Shown here: one piece after another, positions 42,079-51,770 of the stretch
Position numbering within the stretch: the first letter of the stretch is position 1
How the letters are laid out: every line of letters begins with the position of its first letter
Assembly: GCA_965233195.1 (NCBI GenBank)
Contig: CBDDSB010000025.1
Location: forward strand, 86,484-150,483
Length of the DNA: 64,000 nucleotides
Origin: an uncultured bacterium
GTDB taxonomy: Bacteria; Pseudomonadota; Gammaproteobacteria; Burkholderiales; SG8-39
Direction of reading: 5' to 3'
The notes under the pieces: model-generated
What the model saw: only the letters and a program-made list of their open reading frames with translations
What the model was told of the DNA's origin: nothing
Databases searched by the model: none
Translations under genes and position numbers: made by a program

Positions 42079-42561
42079 ATGCGGGAGCTTCTGGTGATTT
42101 CGGAGCGCATTGCGGCGCTGCTCAAGGACCGGAAGGAGACCGTCGCGGTGGCGGAGTCGGCCGCCGGCGGACTTATTACCGCGGCGTTGCTGGGGGTCCC
42201 GGGAGCCTCGGCCTACTGCCTGGGCGGCGTCGTGATCTACACCCGCCAGGCCTGGGAGGCGGTTCGGGATTTCGAGGAGGGGCTGCTGGAGGGCCACCGC
42301 TCGGCCACGGAGGCGAACGCCCTCCTCCGAGCGCGGATCGCCCGGCAGAGGTTCAAGGCCACCTGGGGCATCGGCGAGACCGGCGCCGCCGGCCCGACCG
42401 GCAACCGCTACGGCGACCCGGCCGGCCATGCATGGGTTGCCGTAGCCGGGCCCCGGGAGCAGGCGGTACGGGTTGCCACTGGTAACACGGAACGGCTCGA
42501 CAACATGCACGCCTTTGGGGCGGCGGCCCTGAAGCTCCTCGAGGAAAGCCTCCGGTCCTGA
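42079..42561 (+). CDS. CinA C-terminal/PncC-like protein
   Basis: AVAESAAGGLI, VPGASAY, ETGAAGP. Confidence 0.85.
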   Translation: MRELLVISERIAALLKDRKETVAVAESAAGGLITAALLGVPGASAYCLGGVVIYTRQAWEAVRDFEEGLLEGHRSATEANALLRARIARQRFKATWGIGETGAAGPTGNRYGDPAGHAWVAVAGPREQAVRVATGNTERLDNMHAFGAAALKLLEESLRS

Positions 42562-42578
42562 AGAAGCGCTGGGGCACC

Positions 42579-42794
42579 TTGGGCGGCCACCGCGGGACGC
42601 GCATCTATGGCCGGCTCGACTGTCCGGCCGCGCTGCGCGCCATCGCTCGCGGTGGGTATGTCAACCAGCGCATCTTCTTCCTCGATGAGCGTCATGCGCG
42701 CGACGCGGGCTATCGTCCTTGCGCGGTTTGCTTGCCGCAGAAATATCGCCGGTGGCGCAAGAAGCGGAGTGCGCAATCCGCGCGGCGTAAATAG
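42579..42794 (+). CDS. Ada metal-binding domain protein (possibly N-truncated)
   Basis: IYGRLDCP...RIFF......AGYRPCAVCLP. Confidence 0.7.
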   Translation: MGGHRGTRIYGRLDCPAALRAIARGGYVNQRIFFLDERHARDAGYRPCAVCLPQKYRRWRKKRSAQSARRK

Positions 42795-42804
42795 ATTGCT
42801 GCGC

Positions 42805-43169
42805 ATGAAAGAGCAAATCCCGATGCCGTCGATCTGCTCAGGGATCTGCAGCAGCGGTTCCCGCGTGCCGACCTTCATGATGCGACGCTCGGGCCGGTGG
42901 CCTCCCGGGTGGTGAGCCTGATCGCAGCACCAGCGTCGGCACTCGACGTCTCGCTGGACCCGCAGGGTTCGGAGTTCCAGCTGCGAGTCTGGAACGCGTT
43001 GCGCGAGATTGCGCCGGGCTCGGCGAAGGAGGTGGGCGAAGCCTGCGCAGCCAATCCGCTCGCGGTGGCGATTCCGTGCCACCGCGTGGTGCGCAAGGAC
43101 GGCGGCCTGGCGGGCTATCGCTGGGGCGTCCGACGCAAGCGCGCATTGCTCGAGCTCGAGAAAAGGTGA
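42805..43169 (+). pseudogene. Degraded methylated-DNA-protein-cysteine methyltransferase (Ada C-terminal/Ogt)
   Basis: MKEQI start is out of frame with DLLRDLQQRFPRA...FQLRVWNALREI...ACAANP..IPCHRVV..GYRWG; the HTH segment between REI and ACAAN is shortened. Confidence 0.65.
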
Positions 43170-43840
43170 AGGATCTTTCGCGGGACCTCGATGAACGGGG
43201 ATGCGCCGTCATCGCAGGACTACTCGAACCGGCGGAGTGTGATGAGTTGGCGGCGCTCTACACTTCGGAGGATCGTTTTCGCAGCCGGGTGGTGATGGCG
43301 CGGCACGGCTTCGGCCAGGGTGAATACAAGTACTTCAGCTATCCGCTGCCTGACATCGTTTCGCGCCTTCGGGACGAGCTTTACCCGCGCCTCGCGCCGA
43401 TCGCCAACCGGTGGAGCGCAGCCATGGGCATGAAAGCGCGCTTTCCCGAGAAGCACGCGCAGTTTCTCAAGCGTTGCCATGCCGCCGGCCAGCGACGGCC
43501 GACGCCGCTGCTGCTGCAATATGGCGCCGGGGACTACAACTGCCTGCACCAGGATGTTTACGGCGAGCACGTATTCCCGCTGCAGCTCACCATTCTCCTT
43601 GCCCAGCCGGGACGCGACTTCACTGGCGGGGAATTCGTCATGACCGAGCAGCGGCCGCGCATGCAGTCGAGGGCGGAGGTGGTTCCGCTGGGCAAAGGCG
43701 ACGCGGTGGTGTTCGCGGTGCACCAGCGGCCGGTTCAAGGCACGCGCGGCATCTACCGCGTCAACCTGCGCCACGGCGTGAGCCGCGTGCGCTCAGGCCG
43801 GCGTCATACCGCCGGCATCATCTTCCACGATGCAACTTAG
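43166..43840 (+). CDS. 2OG-Fe(II) oxygenase (DUF2086-like)
   Basis: GTGA overlap; YNCLHQD, TGGEF, RHGVS, GIIFHDA. Confidence 0.85.
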   Translation: MKDLSRDLDERGCAVIAGLLEPAECDELAALYTSEDRFRSRVVMARHGFGQGEYKYFSYPLPDIVSRLRDELYPRLAPIANRWSAAMGMKARFPEKHAQFLKRCHAAGQRRPTPLLLQYGAGDYNCLHQDVYGEHVFPLQLTILLAQPGRDFTGGEFVMTEQRPRMQSRAEVVPLGKGDAVVFAVHQRPVQGTRGIYRVNLRHGVSRVRSGRRHTAGIIFHDAT

Positions 43841-45402
43841 GAGCTGCAGGAGAGCGCGGAGCAGCCGGCGCGGTTCCGCGCCCACTCCGGGCGGCGCGCG
43901 GCGAGGTCCTGGTGGGCCGGCTGTTCGTCGTAGGGACGCTCGAGCACTTTGAGCAGCCGCTCCATCACCGAGGCGTCGCCTTTCTCCAACGCGTCGATCG
44001 CGAGCTGCGCCAGGTAATTGCGAAAGACGTATTTCGGGTTGGCCTTGTTCATGCGCTCGACGCGCTCCGGCTGGTCCGCAACGCGGGAAGCGTATCGGCG
44101 GAGCCACGCCGTCCAACCGGGAGCCGCCTCGGCGTAGAAGGCGGGCTCGAGGGGCTTGAGAAGCGCGGCCTCGTCAGCGTCGTCGAGCGGGACGGTGGCG
44201 AGGTTGCGGAAGAACAGCGTGAAGTCGGTTTCCTTTTCGTACATCAGAGCGAACAGGTCCGACAGCAGCTCGTCGTCGCCGGGCTGGTCGAGCGCCGCCA
44301 CGCCTAGCTTTTGCGCGAGCGCGCCGCGCCAGGCCTTGTTGAAGGTCTCCGCGTAAAGCGCGAGGCCTTGTTCGAGCGGCGCCTGATCGGAAACCAGCGG
44401 CAGCAGCGCCTCGGCGAGCCGCGCCAAATTCCAGTGCGCCACCTGCGGCTGGTTGCCGTACGTGTAGCGCAGCGTCTGAGCATCCGTGGTGTTCGGCGTC
44501 CACCGCGGGTCGTAGCCTTCGAGCCAGCCATACGGGCCGTAGTCGATCGTCACGCCGAGGATCGACATGTTGTCGGTGTTCATCACCCCGTGGACGAAAC
44601 CCAGGCGCATCCAATCGGCCATCAGCAGCGCGGTGCGGCGGGCGAGCTCCTGGAAGAATCCCGCGTAATCCCGGCCGGGGTAGTGCAGCTTGATGACGTA
44701 ATCGGCGAGCTTTCGGAGTACCTCGATTTCGTTGCTGGCGGCGTGGATCTGGAAATTTCCGAAGCGCACGAATGACGGGGCGACTCGGCACACGACGGCG
44801 CCGGGCTCGGGCGCGGGGTGACCGTCGTAGAACATGTCGCGGATCACCGGTTCGCCGGTTGCCACCAGGCTCAGCGCGCGCGTCGTCGGCACACCGAGGA
44901 AGTACATCGCCTCGCTGCACACGAACTCGCGCAGCGAGGAGCGCAGCACCGCGCGGCCGTCGGCGGTGCGCGAGTAGGGGGTGCGGCCGGCGCCTTTCAG
45001 CTGCAGTTCCTGTCGCGTGCCGTCGGTGGCGATGATCTCGCCCAGCGTGATCGCGCGGCCGTCGCCGAGCTGGCCCGCCCAGTGGCCGAATTGGTGCCCG
45101 CCGTAACGCGCGGCATACGGCTTCATGCCGGGCAGCACACGGTTGCCGGCGAGCGCGTCGATCGCGGCCTGGCTCGTCGGTCGCTCTATACCCAGATATT
45201 CGCCGAGCACATCCGACCAGCCGAGGAGCTTCGGCGCCGCGACCGGCGTCGGATCAACTCGCGTATACGAGGCGTCGGGTACCTGGCGCGACCGGTTGTC
45301 CGCCACCGGGTCGGCGGGCAGATCGCGCACGAAGCTGCCCTCGAAGACGAGATCGGTGAGCTGGAGCGCAGCGGGCGCGCGTTTGGGTTGGACAGGAGTC
45401 AC
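43837..45402 (-). CDS. selO: Protein adenylyltransferase SelO/YdiU
   Basis: YGGHQFG, GQLGDGR, QLKGAG.TPYSR.ADGRAVLRS, HGVMNTDN, DYGPYG, C-terminal CSALSCSS; GTG start inferred. Confidence 0.93.
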   Translation of the reverse strand: MTPVQPKRAPAALQLTDLVFEGSFVRDLPADPVADNRSRQVPDASYTRVDPTPVAAPKLLGWSDVLGEYLGIERPTSQAAIDALAGNRVLPGMKPYAARYGGHQFGHWAGQLGDGRAITLGEIIATDGTRQELQLKGAGRTPYSRTADGRAVLRSSLREFVCSEAMYFLGVPTTRALSLVATGEPVIRDMFYDGHPAPEPGAVVCRVAPSFVRFGNFQIHAASNEIEVLRKLADYVIKLHYPGRDYAGFFQELARRTALLMADWMRLGFVHGVMNTDNMSILGVTIDYGPYGWLEGYDPRWTPNTTDAQTLRYTYGNQPQVAHWNLARLAEALLPLVSDQAPLEQGLALYAETFNKAWRGALAQKLGVAALDQPGDDELLSDLFALMYEKETDFTLFFRNLATVPLDDADEAALLKPLEPAFYAEAAPGWTAWLRRYASRVADQPERVERMNKANPKYVFRNYLAQLAIDALEKGDASVMERLLKVLERPYDEQPAHQDLAARRPEWARNRAGCSALSCSS

Positions 45403-45445
45403 TGCGCCATTGTGCAGCAAGAGCCAAGCCTAGAATGCCCCCACC

Positions 45446-45865
45446 ATGCTGCCGATCTTTCACATGATCCAGGGCGCGCCGGACCCTGTCGCGCCCTTCA
45501 GCCATGCCGTGGAGATCGACGGCTGGGTGTTCGTCACGGGGCAGATGCCCTTTACCGGCACGTCCGCCACTTCGCCTTATCCGGAGGGCATCGAAGGGCA
45601 GACCCGCCAGGTGATGGAAAACCTGAAGCGCGTACTCGGCGGGTGCGAGCTCGGCCTGGAAAACGTCGTTGCGGCGCGTGTCTTTCTCACGCGCTTCGAG
45701 CAGGACTACGAGGCGATGAACCGCGTGTACGCTGGCTATTTCGCGGCGGGCAAGCGACCCGCGCGCACTTGCGTCCGCGTCACGGCGTTAGCGCGCGGCG
45801 CGCTGGTGGAGATTGACTTTATCGCGCATCGCGCTCGGGGCCGGCGCCGGCGAGCTGGCCGATGA
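45446..45865 (+). CDS. RidA family protein
   Basis: PFSHAV, FVTGQ, MNRVY, PARTCV, LVEID. Confidence 0.9.
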   Translation: MLPIFHMIQGAPDPVAPFSHAVEIDGWVFVTGQMPFTGTSATSPYPEGIEGQTRQVMENLKRVLGGCELGLENVVAARVFLTRFEQDYEAMNRVYAGYFAAGKRPARTCVRVTALARGALVEIDFIAHRARGRRRRAGR

Positions 45866-46211
45866 GCTGCAGCAGCTGCCGCGGCTCATAGGGCTTGCCG
45901 ACGTGGTGCTCGAAGCCCGCGGCGCGCGCGTGCGCGCGGTCCACGGTTCGTGTCATTCCGGTGACCGCGATCAGCGCCGGGCGCGCGCTACCGTAGCGCT
46001 CGCGCAGCTTGCGTGCCACTTCGTAGCCGGAAAGCTGCGGCATGCCGATGTCGAGCAGCACCACGTCGGGCGCGAAGTTGAATACCGCGTCCAGCACGTC
46101 GCTGCCGTGATGCACGCCTCGCACGGCGTAGCCTTCATCCTCGAGCAACGCCGTCAGCATCAGCACCGCATCGGGGTCGTCGTCAGCCACGAGGATCCGT
46201 CGCTCGTTCAT
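45819..46211 (-). CDS. Single-domain response regulator
   Basis: ILVADDD, LLDIGMP, AVTG, GFEHHVGKP. Confidence 0.85.
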   Translation of the reverse strand: MNERRILVADDDPDAVLMLTALLEDEGYAVRGVHHGSDVLDAVFNFAPDVVLLDIGMPQLSGYEVARKLRERYGSARPALIAVTGMTRTVDRAHARAAGFEHHVGKPYEPRQLLQLIGQLAGAGPERDAR

Positions 46212-46276
46212 GCAAAGATTCTACGGCAGGCACTCTGACCGCGTCAGTGCCGAAATACCGGCACAAAATAGCCGCC

Positions 46277-47017
46277 ATGTCGTATCGCAACTACACGAAA
46301 TTATTCCGGCGGGCGCCGCGCTGGGCGCGCGTTACTACGTACGCGCTGGCGTTCGTAGTCGTGGCGGCGACGTTGAACTGGATCTATCAGGTGGTGCGCA
46401 AGCCGGCGGAGCTGTTCTTTCCGGTGAGCGGTGCGCTGTCGAAAACGCCGGCGGAAACCTGGCGCGAATACGCCGCGCTGTTCCGCCAGCATTCCACCCC
46501 GCTGATGACGCCGGAGCTGCTCGCCGCGCTCGCCCAAGTCGAGGGCGCGGGCAATCCGGTGGCACGCACGCCCTGGCGCGTACGCGTTTCGACGGATCCG
46601 CGTGAGGTCTACCGCCCCGCATCCACTGCAGTGGGCATGTACCAGATTACCGACGGCACGTTCCAGATGGCCAAGCGCTACTGCATCCACGACCATGTCG
46701 CGGTCGAGGAGGGCTGCTGGTTCAACAGCTTCTACCTGCGCGTGATCCCGAGCCATGCCATCGAACTCACTTCCGCGTACCTCGATCGCAGCGTGGCGGC
46801 GATCCTCGCCGCACGGCCGATCAAGGCGAGCGCTGCGCAAAGGCAGGAGCTTGCCGCGCTTATCCATCTGTGCGGCGCTTCCGCGGGCGATGCATTCGCC
46901 CGCCGCGGCTTTCGGCTCGCGCCCGAGCAGCGCTGCGGCACGCACGACGTGCGCGCCTACCTCGCGCAGGTCACGGCGCTGAAGCGCGTGTTTGCTCGCC
47001 TCTCGGCGTTAGGCTAG
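46277..47017 (+). CDS. Lytic transglycosylase (SLT-like) membrane-anchored protein
   Basis: N-terminal TM; LAALAQVE (catalytic Glu), AVGMYQIT..TF. Confidence 0.7.
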   Translation: MSYRNYTKLFRRAPRWARVTTYALAFVVVAATLNWIYQVVRKPAELFFPVSGALSKTPAETWREYAALFRQHSTPLMTPELLAALAQVEGAGNPVARTPWRVRVSTDPREVYRPASTAVGMYQITDGTFQMAKRYCIHDHVAVEEGCWFNSFYLRVIPSHAIELTSAYLDRSVAAILAARPIKASAAQRQELAALIHLCGASAGDAFARRGFRLAPEQRCGTHDVRAYLAQVTALKRVFARLSALG

Positions 47018-47028
47018 AGTGAATCGAC

Positions 47029-47253
47029 ATGCACATCGGCATGCAAGGCGCGCTATGGGGTCTCGCCCTCGGGGTGATCCTCGTTTTGGTCGAGTACATG
47101 GTGGTCAAGAAGTCGGTCGAAGAGCGCGCCGCGCAAAAGCACCACAAACCGCAGTTCGACGCGCAGGATCGCGCCCGGATCAAAGCGGTCCTGAGCTTCG
47201 CAATATTTCTTCCACCGGCCTTCGCGCTAGGCGCCTGGCTGATCTGGGGCTGA
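47029..47253 (+). CDS. Small two-TM membrane protein
   Basis: Two hydrophobic segments, GC3-rich codons, follows the SLT gene. Confidence 0.6.
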   Translation: MHIGMQGALWGLALGVILVLVEYMVVKKSVEERAAQKHHKPQFDAQDRARIKAVLSFAIFLPPAFALGAWLIWG

Positions 47254-47724
47254 GAGCTTGCGCGCCGCGCCGTCGTGCGCGGACAGCAAGCGCAACGCAT
47301 CGCGGTCGCCTTTGCCGGTGGACAACCGCAGCGCGTAAACCGGGCTCACCCGTTTAGTCAGCCGCGCGACGCCGAACAGCATCACGCCGATCATGATGGC
47401 CTGCGCCCATTGCAGCTTGTAGATCAGCCACGGCACCAGCACCAGCGTGGCGAGGCCCAGGGCGGCGAGGGTCGACGCCGATTCGCGCGACGTTGCCGGA
47501 TAGGTGAAATAGAACGCATAGCGGCGCACGACGTCGGATTCGTCCGCGTCGAGCGGCGCGCGCGCCCGCGCGATCAGCGCTGCGGCATCGGTGCGGCGCA
47601 TCTCGCGCGTCAGCCACGCGAGGGAAGCAAATTCCACCGCCACGAACGCCCACGACCCCACCGCCGGACCGAGGAAGGTCCATGCCGTCAATGCCGCGAC
47701 CGCCAGCGCGCCCAGCCCGTTCAT
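47227..47724 (-). CDS. Hypothetical membrane protein
   Basis: About four hydrophobic segments; TATCAT 7 nt before ATG 47724. Confidence 0.55.
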   Translation of the reverse strand: MNGLGALAVAALTAWTFLGPAVGSWAFVAVEFASLAWLTREMRRTDAAALIARARAPLDADESDVVRRYAFYFTYPATSRESASTLAALGLATLVLVPWLIYKLQWAQAIMIGVMLFGVARLTKRVSPVYALRLSTGKGDRDALRLLSAHDGAARKLSAPDQPGA

Positions 47725-47747
47725 GGGGCGCATGATAGGCTCGCGCG

Positions 47748-48278
47748 ATGCCGTTCGCAGCGCTCGAGCGCCATCCCGCGACTCCCTGCACCGCGCTGAG
47801 CGGCATCAAGGCCACGGCGAGACGAAACGCGGCCGGCAGTCTCGAATTGATCTACCGACTTGAGGGCGACATGGATCGCGTACGCATCCCCCCGCCGCGC
47901 GCGCCGCGCACCGGCGAGCGCTTGTGGCAGCACACGTGCTGCGAGGTGTTTATCGCCGATGCGGCCGGTCCCGGCTACCAGGAGTTCAACTTCTCGCCGT
48001 CCGGAGAGTGGGCGGCGTTTCGCTTTACGGGGTACCGGGAAGGCGGGCCGTTTGCAGCACCGAATCCGAGGATCGGCATCGCGCGCACCACAGGGACACT
48101 GGATCTCACCGCTCAAATCAAACCAGGTCAGCACGGAAAGCTGCGCATCGGCCTTTCGGCGGTGATCGAGGAAATCGACGGCGCGCTCTCGTACTGGGCG
48201 TTGCGCCACGCGCCCGGCAGGCCGGACTTCCACCATCGCGACGCATTTGCCCTGGAGCTCGATGAAGTTCGGCATTGA
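47748..48278 (+). CDS. DOMON-like domain protein
   Basis: LWQHTCCEVF, YQEFNFSPSGEWA..F.GYR, SYWAL.H...PDFH. Confidence 0.8.
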   Translation: MPFAALERHPATPCTALSGIKATARRNAAGSLELIYRLEGDMDRVRIPPPRAPRTGERLWQHTCCEVFIADAAGPGYQEFNFSPSGEWAAFRFTGYREGGPFAAPNPRIGIARTTGTLDLTAQIKPGQHGKLRIGLSAVIEEIDGALSYWALRHAPGRPDFHHRDAFALELDEVRH

Positions 48279-49461
48279 CCGCCTGCTGGAGGACCCGGCA
48301 TTGCTTAAGCAACTCGCCGGCCGGCGCGTCGCGCTCCTCGCGCACCCTGCCTCGGTCACCGCCGGCCTGGTGCATTCTCTCGACGCGCTCGTGGCTGCCG
48401 GCGTCAAACTCTCCGCGGCGTTCGGTCCGCAGCACGGCCTGCGCGGCGACAAGCAGGACAACATGATCGAGTCGCCGGACTTCAACGACCCGGTACACGG
48501 CATTCCGGTATTCAGCCTGTACGGCAAGGTGCGCCGTCCGGCGCCGGCGATGATGGAAGGCTTCGACATCCTCCTCGTCGACCTGCAGGACCTCGGCTGC
48601 CGCGTGTACACCTTCCTGACGACGCTGCGCTACGTCCTCGAGGCGGCGGCCAGGCACGGGAAGAGCGTCTGGGTGCTCGACCGGCCGAATCCCGCGGGCC
48701 GGCCGATCGAGGGCCTCAAGCTGCAGCCCGGGTGGGAAAGCTTCGTCGGCGCCGGGGCGCTGCCGATGCGCCACGGGTTGACGCTGGGCGAAGCGGCAAG
48801 ATGGTTTGTTTCCACCTTCAAGCTGAACGTCGAGCTGAAAATTATCGAGATGCGGGGCTGGAAGCCGGGCGCCGCCCCGGGGTACGGCTGGCCGCTCGGC
48901 CAGCGCGACTGGGTGAACCCGAGCCCGAACGCGCCTAACCTTTCGATGGCGCGCTGCTACCCGGGCACGGTGATGCTGGAAGGCACGACGCTCTCGGAAG
49001 GCCGCGGCACCACGCGACCGCTGGAAACTCTCGGGGCGCCCGACCTCGACGCGAATGCGCTCCTGGAGAAAATGCAGTCGCTGGAACCCGCGTGGCTGCG
49101 CGGCTGCCGGCTGCGCGCCTGCTGGTTCGAGCCGACCTTCCACAAGCACGCCGGCAAGCTTTGCGCCGGGCTGCAGATCCATGTCGAGGCACCGGGCTAT
49201 GCGCATGACGCGTTTCGGCCGTGGCGGCTGGTCGGCCTGGCGTTCAAGGCGCTGAGAGCGCTGCGCCCGGACTATCCGCTGTGGCGCGACTTTCCCTACG
49301 AATACGAGACCCGGCTGCCAATCGACGTCATCAATGGCAATAGCCTGCTGCGGCAATGGGTCGACGATCCGGCGGCGAGACCCGGCGACCTCGATGCGGC
49401 TGCCCGCGTGGATGAAGACGCCTGGCGCGACGAGCGCGAGGCGGTCCTACTCTACCGGTAG
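48262..49461 (+). CDS. namZ: Exo-beta-N-acetylmuramidase NamZ (DUF1343)
   Basis: FGPQHG, FSLYG, DLQDLGCRVYTF, LDRPNP, RHGLTLGE, PSPN, EGRGTTRP. Confidence 0.88.
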   Translation: MKFGIDRLLEDPALLKQLAGRRVALLAHPASVTAGLVHSLDALVAAGVKLSAAFGPQHGLRGDKQDNMIESPDFNDPVHGIPVFSLYGKVRRPAPAMMEGFDILLVDLQDLGCRVYTFLTTLRYVLEAAARHGKSVWVLDRPNPAGRPIEGLKLQPGWESFVGAGALPMRHGLTLGEAARWFVSTFKLNVELKIIEMRGWKPGAAPGYGWPLGQRDWVNPSPNAPNLSMARCYPGTVMLEGTTLSEGRGTTRPLETLGAPDLDANALLEKMQSLEPAWLRGCRLRACWFEPTFHKHAGKLCAGLQIHVEAPGYAHDAFRPWRLVGLAFKALRALRPDYPLWRDFPYEYETRLPIDVINGNSLLRQWVDDPAARPGDLDAAARVDEDAWRDEREAVLLYR

Positions 49462-49464
49462 AGG

Positions 49465-49752
49465 CTAGTTGTTCTTCGGCCGCGTGGCCGAGATCGCTCG
49501 CGCCAACGCGTCGTCCTCCGGTCCCCAGGTGGGCAGGACGAGGTCGACCGCGTTGAGGAAAATGTTCGACGGCGGCACGTCATCCCCCTCCAGCCACTTG
49601 TGAACCACCGTGGCTGATACGCGCAGGTGCCCGGCGAGTTGGTCCACGCCGCCGAGGATCTGGCAGGCGCGGTGCAGCACGCGCGTGTAGACGGTGACGC
49701 GCGGCGGCGGCGCCACCGGGCATTCGTCTTTTGCGACTTGGATGTTTTCCAT
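49465..49752 (-). CDS. Small Cro-like HTH hypothetical protein
   Basis: RACQILGGVDQLAGHLRVS....KWLEG...PP..FL.AVD. Confidence 0.65.
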   Translation of the reverse strand: MENIQVAKDECPVAPPPRVTVYTRVLHRACQILGGVDQLAGHLRVSATVVHKWLEGDDVPPSNIFLNAVDLVLPTWGPEDDALARAISATRPKNN

Positions 49753-49832
49753 GCCGCGCAGTGTGCGTGGCCGCGCCGGCAGTGCTCAAGTCATCGCCTG
49801 CCCGAATTCCAGGTAGTCGGAACGCGGCGTCG

Positions 49833-50024
49833 TCAGGTGGCGACGGCGTCGAGCAATTTGAGCATCGTCTGGTCGGCCCAATACTCGGGATCCTTGTCGA
49901 TGCGGGCGTCGCCGCGCGCCCGCGTCGCCGCGTCGACTCCCTTGCGTTCACAGAAGCCGTGCCAGAACTGCTTGATTTCTTCGGCGCTGATGTCGTCAGC
50001 GCGCCGACCTTGTTTGGGAGTCAT
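49833..50024 (-). CDS. Hypothetical protein (63 aa)
   Basis: ATGA overlap with the upstream sORF; globular-looking sequence. Confidence 0.6.
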   Translation of the reverse strand: MTPKQGRRADDISAEEIKQFWHGFCERKGVDAATRARGDARIDKDPEYWADQTMLKLLDAVAT

Positions 50025-50161
50025 TTCCAGTCATCCTCGTCTTTGAGCGGTTTTACTCCGGGGGGTGGCTTTTCCTTGCGCCGCATCCAGCCGTAAAGGA
50101 ACAGGCCGATCAGGCCGGCGACGGCCGCGCCGATGAAGACTATGAAAAGACTGTCGTCCAT
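50021..50161 (-). CDS. 46-aa single-TM small protein (below ORF-track cutoff)
   Basis: MDDSLFIVFIGAAVAGLIGLFLYGWMRRKEKPPPGVKPLKDEDDWK; starts 4 nt after the SnoaL stop and its stop overlaps the next ATG. Confidence 0.65.
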   Translation of the reverse strand: MDDSLFIVFIGAAVAGLIGLFLYGWMRRKEKPPPGVKPLKDEDDWK

Positions 50162-50165
50162 CGAT

Positions 50166-50789
50166 TCAGCGATCCGGAAAAGCCGATGCCGCGCCCGCGA
50201 GCCAGGCTTTGCCGTGACGATACAGCGTCTGGACCTCGGCGCCCTTCAGCTGTGGCAGGTCGAGCTTGATCTGGAAGCCGAGCCTGGTCTGCAGATAAGC
50301 AAGGTGCCGGTAGCCTTCGGGGAACGACTTCAGCAATTTCTCGTCCAGGCTCAACCTGGCGGAGGGGCTCACCGGATCCAGCCGGTCTTTCTCGTAGATC
50401 GGCTGGCGCCGCACGATGCCCCAGCGCTCCGAAGGACCGCCCTCCGGTAGCGGTCTTCTTTCGAAGAAGTCATAGAAGCGCCCGGTGCACACCACGTCGA
50501 CCAGCTCGCCGTCGAGGCTGCCGCGCTGATTGATCGTCATCTTCGTCTGCGCCACCGCGCGGCGGCCCTGTACGTCGACGCTCGAGCCGCCGAGGAAATG
50601 CAGGATGCTCACGCCCTTGTCGAAGCCGGCCTTGCTGACTTCGATGAATTTTGCCGCCGGGCCCTGGAACCAGGTCGCGGTCATCCAGCCGTCGTCGTGC
50701 CACACGGTGCGGAAGCGCTCCCAGTCGCCGGCGTCGCGCCATAGCGCCCAGTTGTGCACCACCTCGATGATTTCGAGCTTGTCTTTCAA
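50166..50789 (-). CDS. SnoaL-like/NTF2-family protein
   Basis: WRDAGDWERF, ATWFQG, LHFLGG, CTGRFYDF, RQPIYEKD; TTG overlaps the Bug stop. Confidence 0.8.
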   Translation of the reverse strand: MKDKLEIIEVVHNWALWRDAGDWERFRTVWHDDGWMTATWFQGPAAKFIEVSKAGFDKGVSILHFLGGSSVDVQGRRAVAQTKMTINQRGSLDGELVDVVCTGRFYDFFERRPLPEGGPSERWGIVRRQPIYEKDRLDPVSPSARLSLDEKLLKSFPEGYRHLAYLQTRLGFQIKLDLPQLKGAEVQTLYRHGKAWLAGAASAFPDR

Positions 50790-51739
50790 TCGACCTTCAT
50801 CCCGGTGGCTTTCACCACCTTCGACCACTTCTGGATGTCCTCGGCGAGGAATTTGGCGAACTGATCGACCGACATTCCCATCGGCGCCGCCCCTTGCTTG
50901 GCCCAAGCCTCCTTCACTTCGGCCGAGTTGACGATCTTGTTCACTTCAGCGCTCAGACGATCGAGCACGGGCCGCGGCGTGCCGGTCGGCGCCATCAGGC
51001 CGAGCCAGATCGTGGCTTCATAGCCCGGCACGCCGGCCTCGGAAACTGTCGGCGTTTCGGGGGTGATCGGCGAGCGCGCCTTGCCGGAGGTGGCGAGGGC
51101 CTTCACCCTACCGCTGCGCGCCTGGCCCGCCATCGTGGTGATCGCATCGAACATCATCTGCACCTGGCCGCCCAGGATCGCGGTGCGCGCCTGGTCGCTG
51201 CCCTTGTGCGGGACATGCACGATATCCACGCCGGCCATGTATTTGAAGAGCTCGCCCGCCATGTGATAGGGCGTGCCCGGACCGGAGGACGCATAGTTGA
51301 GCTTGCCGGGCTGCGACTTGGCGAGGGCGATGAACTCGCGCAGGTTGCTCGCCGATACCGACGGATGCACGACCAGCAGCAGATCGGAGTAGTTGATGCC
51401 GCTGATCGGCGCAAGGTCCTTCAAGAGCTCGAAGGGCTTTTTCGGAATCAGCGTCTCGTTGACCGTGTGGGTGTTCGACATCACCAGCAGCGTGTAGCCG
51501 TCCGCTGGCGATTTCACCACCGCGTCGGTGCCGACGATCGACCCGCCTCCGGGGCGGTTTTCAACCACGAACGGCTGCCCGAGGGTGTCTGACAGCTTGG
51601 CGCCGATGAAGCGCCCGTAAATGTCTGCGGGTCCGCCGACCGCGAACGGCACCACGATTTTCACCGAGCGGGCAGGGTAGGACTGCGACCAGCATGAAAA
51701 GCTCGACAGCAACAGCACGGCCAAAACAGCGCGGAACAT
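50786..51739 (-). CDS. Bug/TctC tripartite tricarboxylate transporter receptor
   Basis: YP.R.VKIVVPFAVGG..D, VENRPGGG, YASSGPG, HVPHKG. Confidence 0.92.
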   Translation of the reverse strand: MFRAVLAVLLLSSFSCWSQSYPARSVKIVVPFAVGGPADIYGRFIGAKLSDTLGQPFVVENRPGGGSIVGTDAVVKSPADGYTLLVMSNTHTVNETLIPKKPFELLKDLAPISGINYSDLLLVVHPSVSASNLREFIALAKSQPGKLNYASSGPGTPYHMAGELFKYMAGVDIVHVPHKGSDQARTAILGGQVQMMFDAITTMAGQARSGRVKALATSGKARSPITPETPTVSEAGVPGYEATIWLGLMAPTGTPRPVLDRLSAEVNKIVNSAEVKEAWAKQGAAPMGMSVDQFAKFLAEDIQKWSKVVKATGMKVD

Positions 51740-51770
51740 CCTCTCCTCCTTAATTAGAATGCTGGTCGGC

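Noticed and set aside
43837-43870. Selenocysteine in the SelO C-terminus
   Set aside because: Ends CSALSCSS with Cys codons and a TAA stop; no in-frame TGA.
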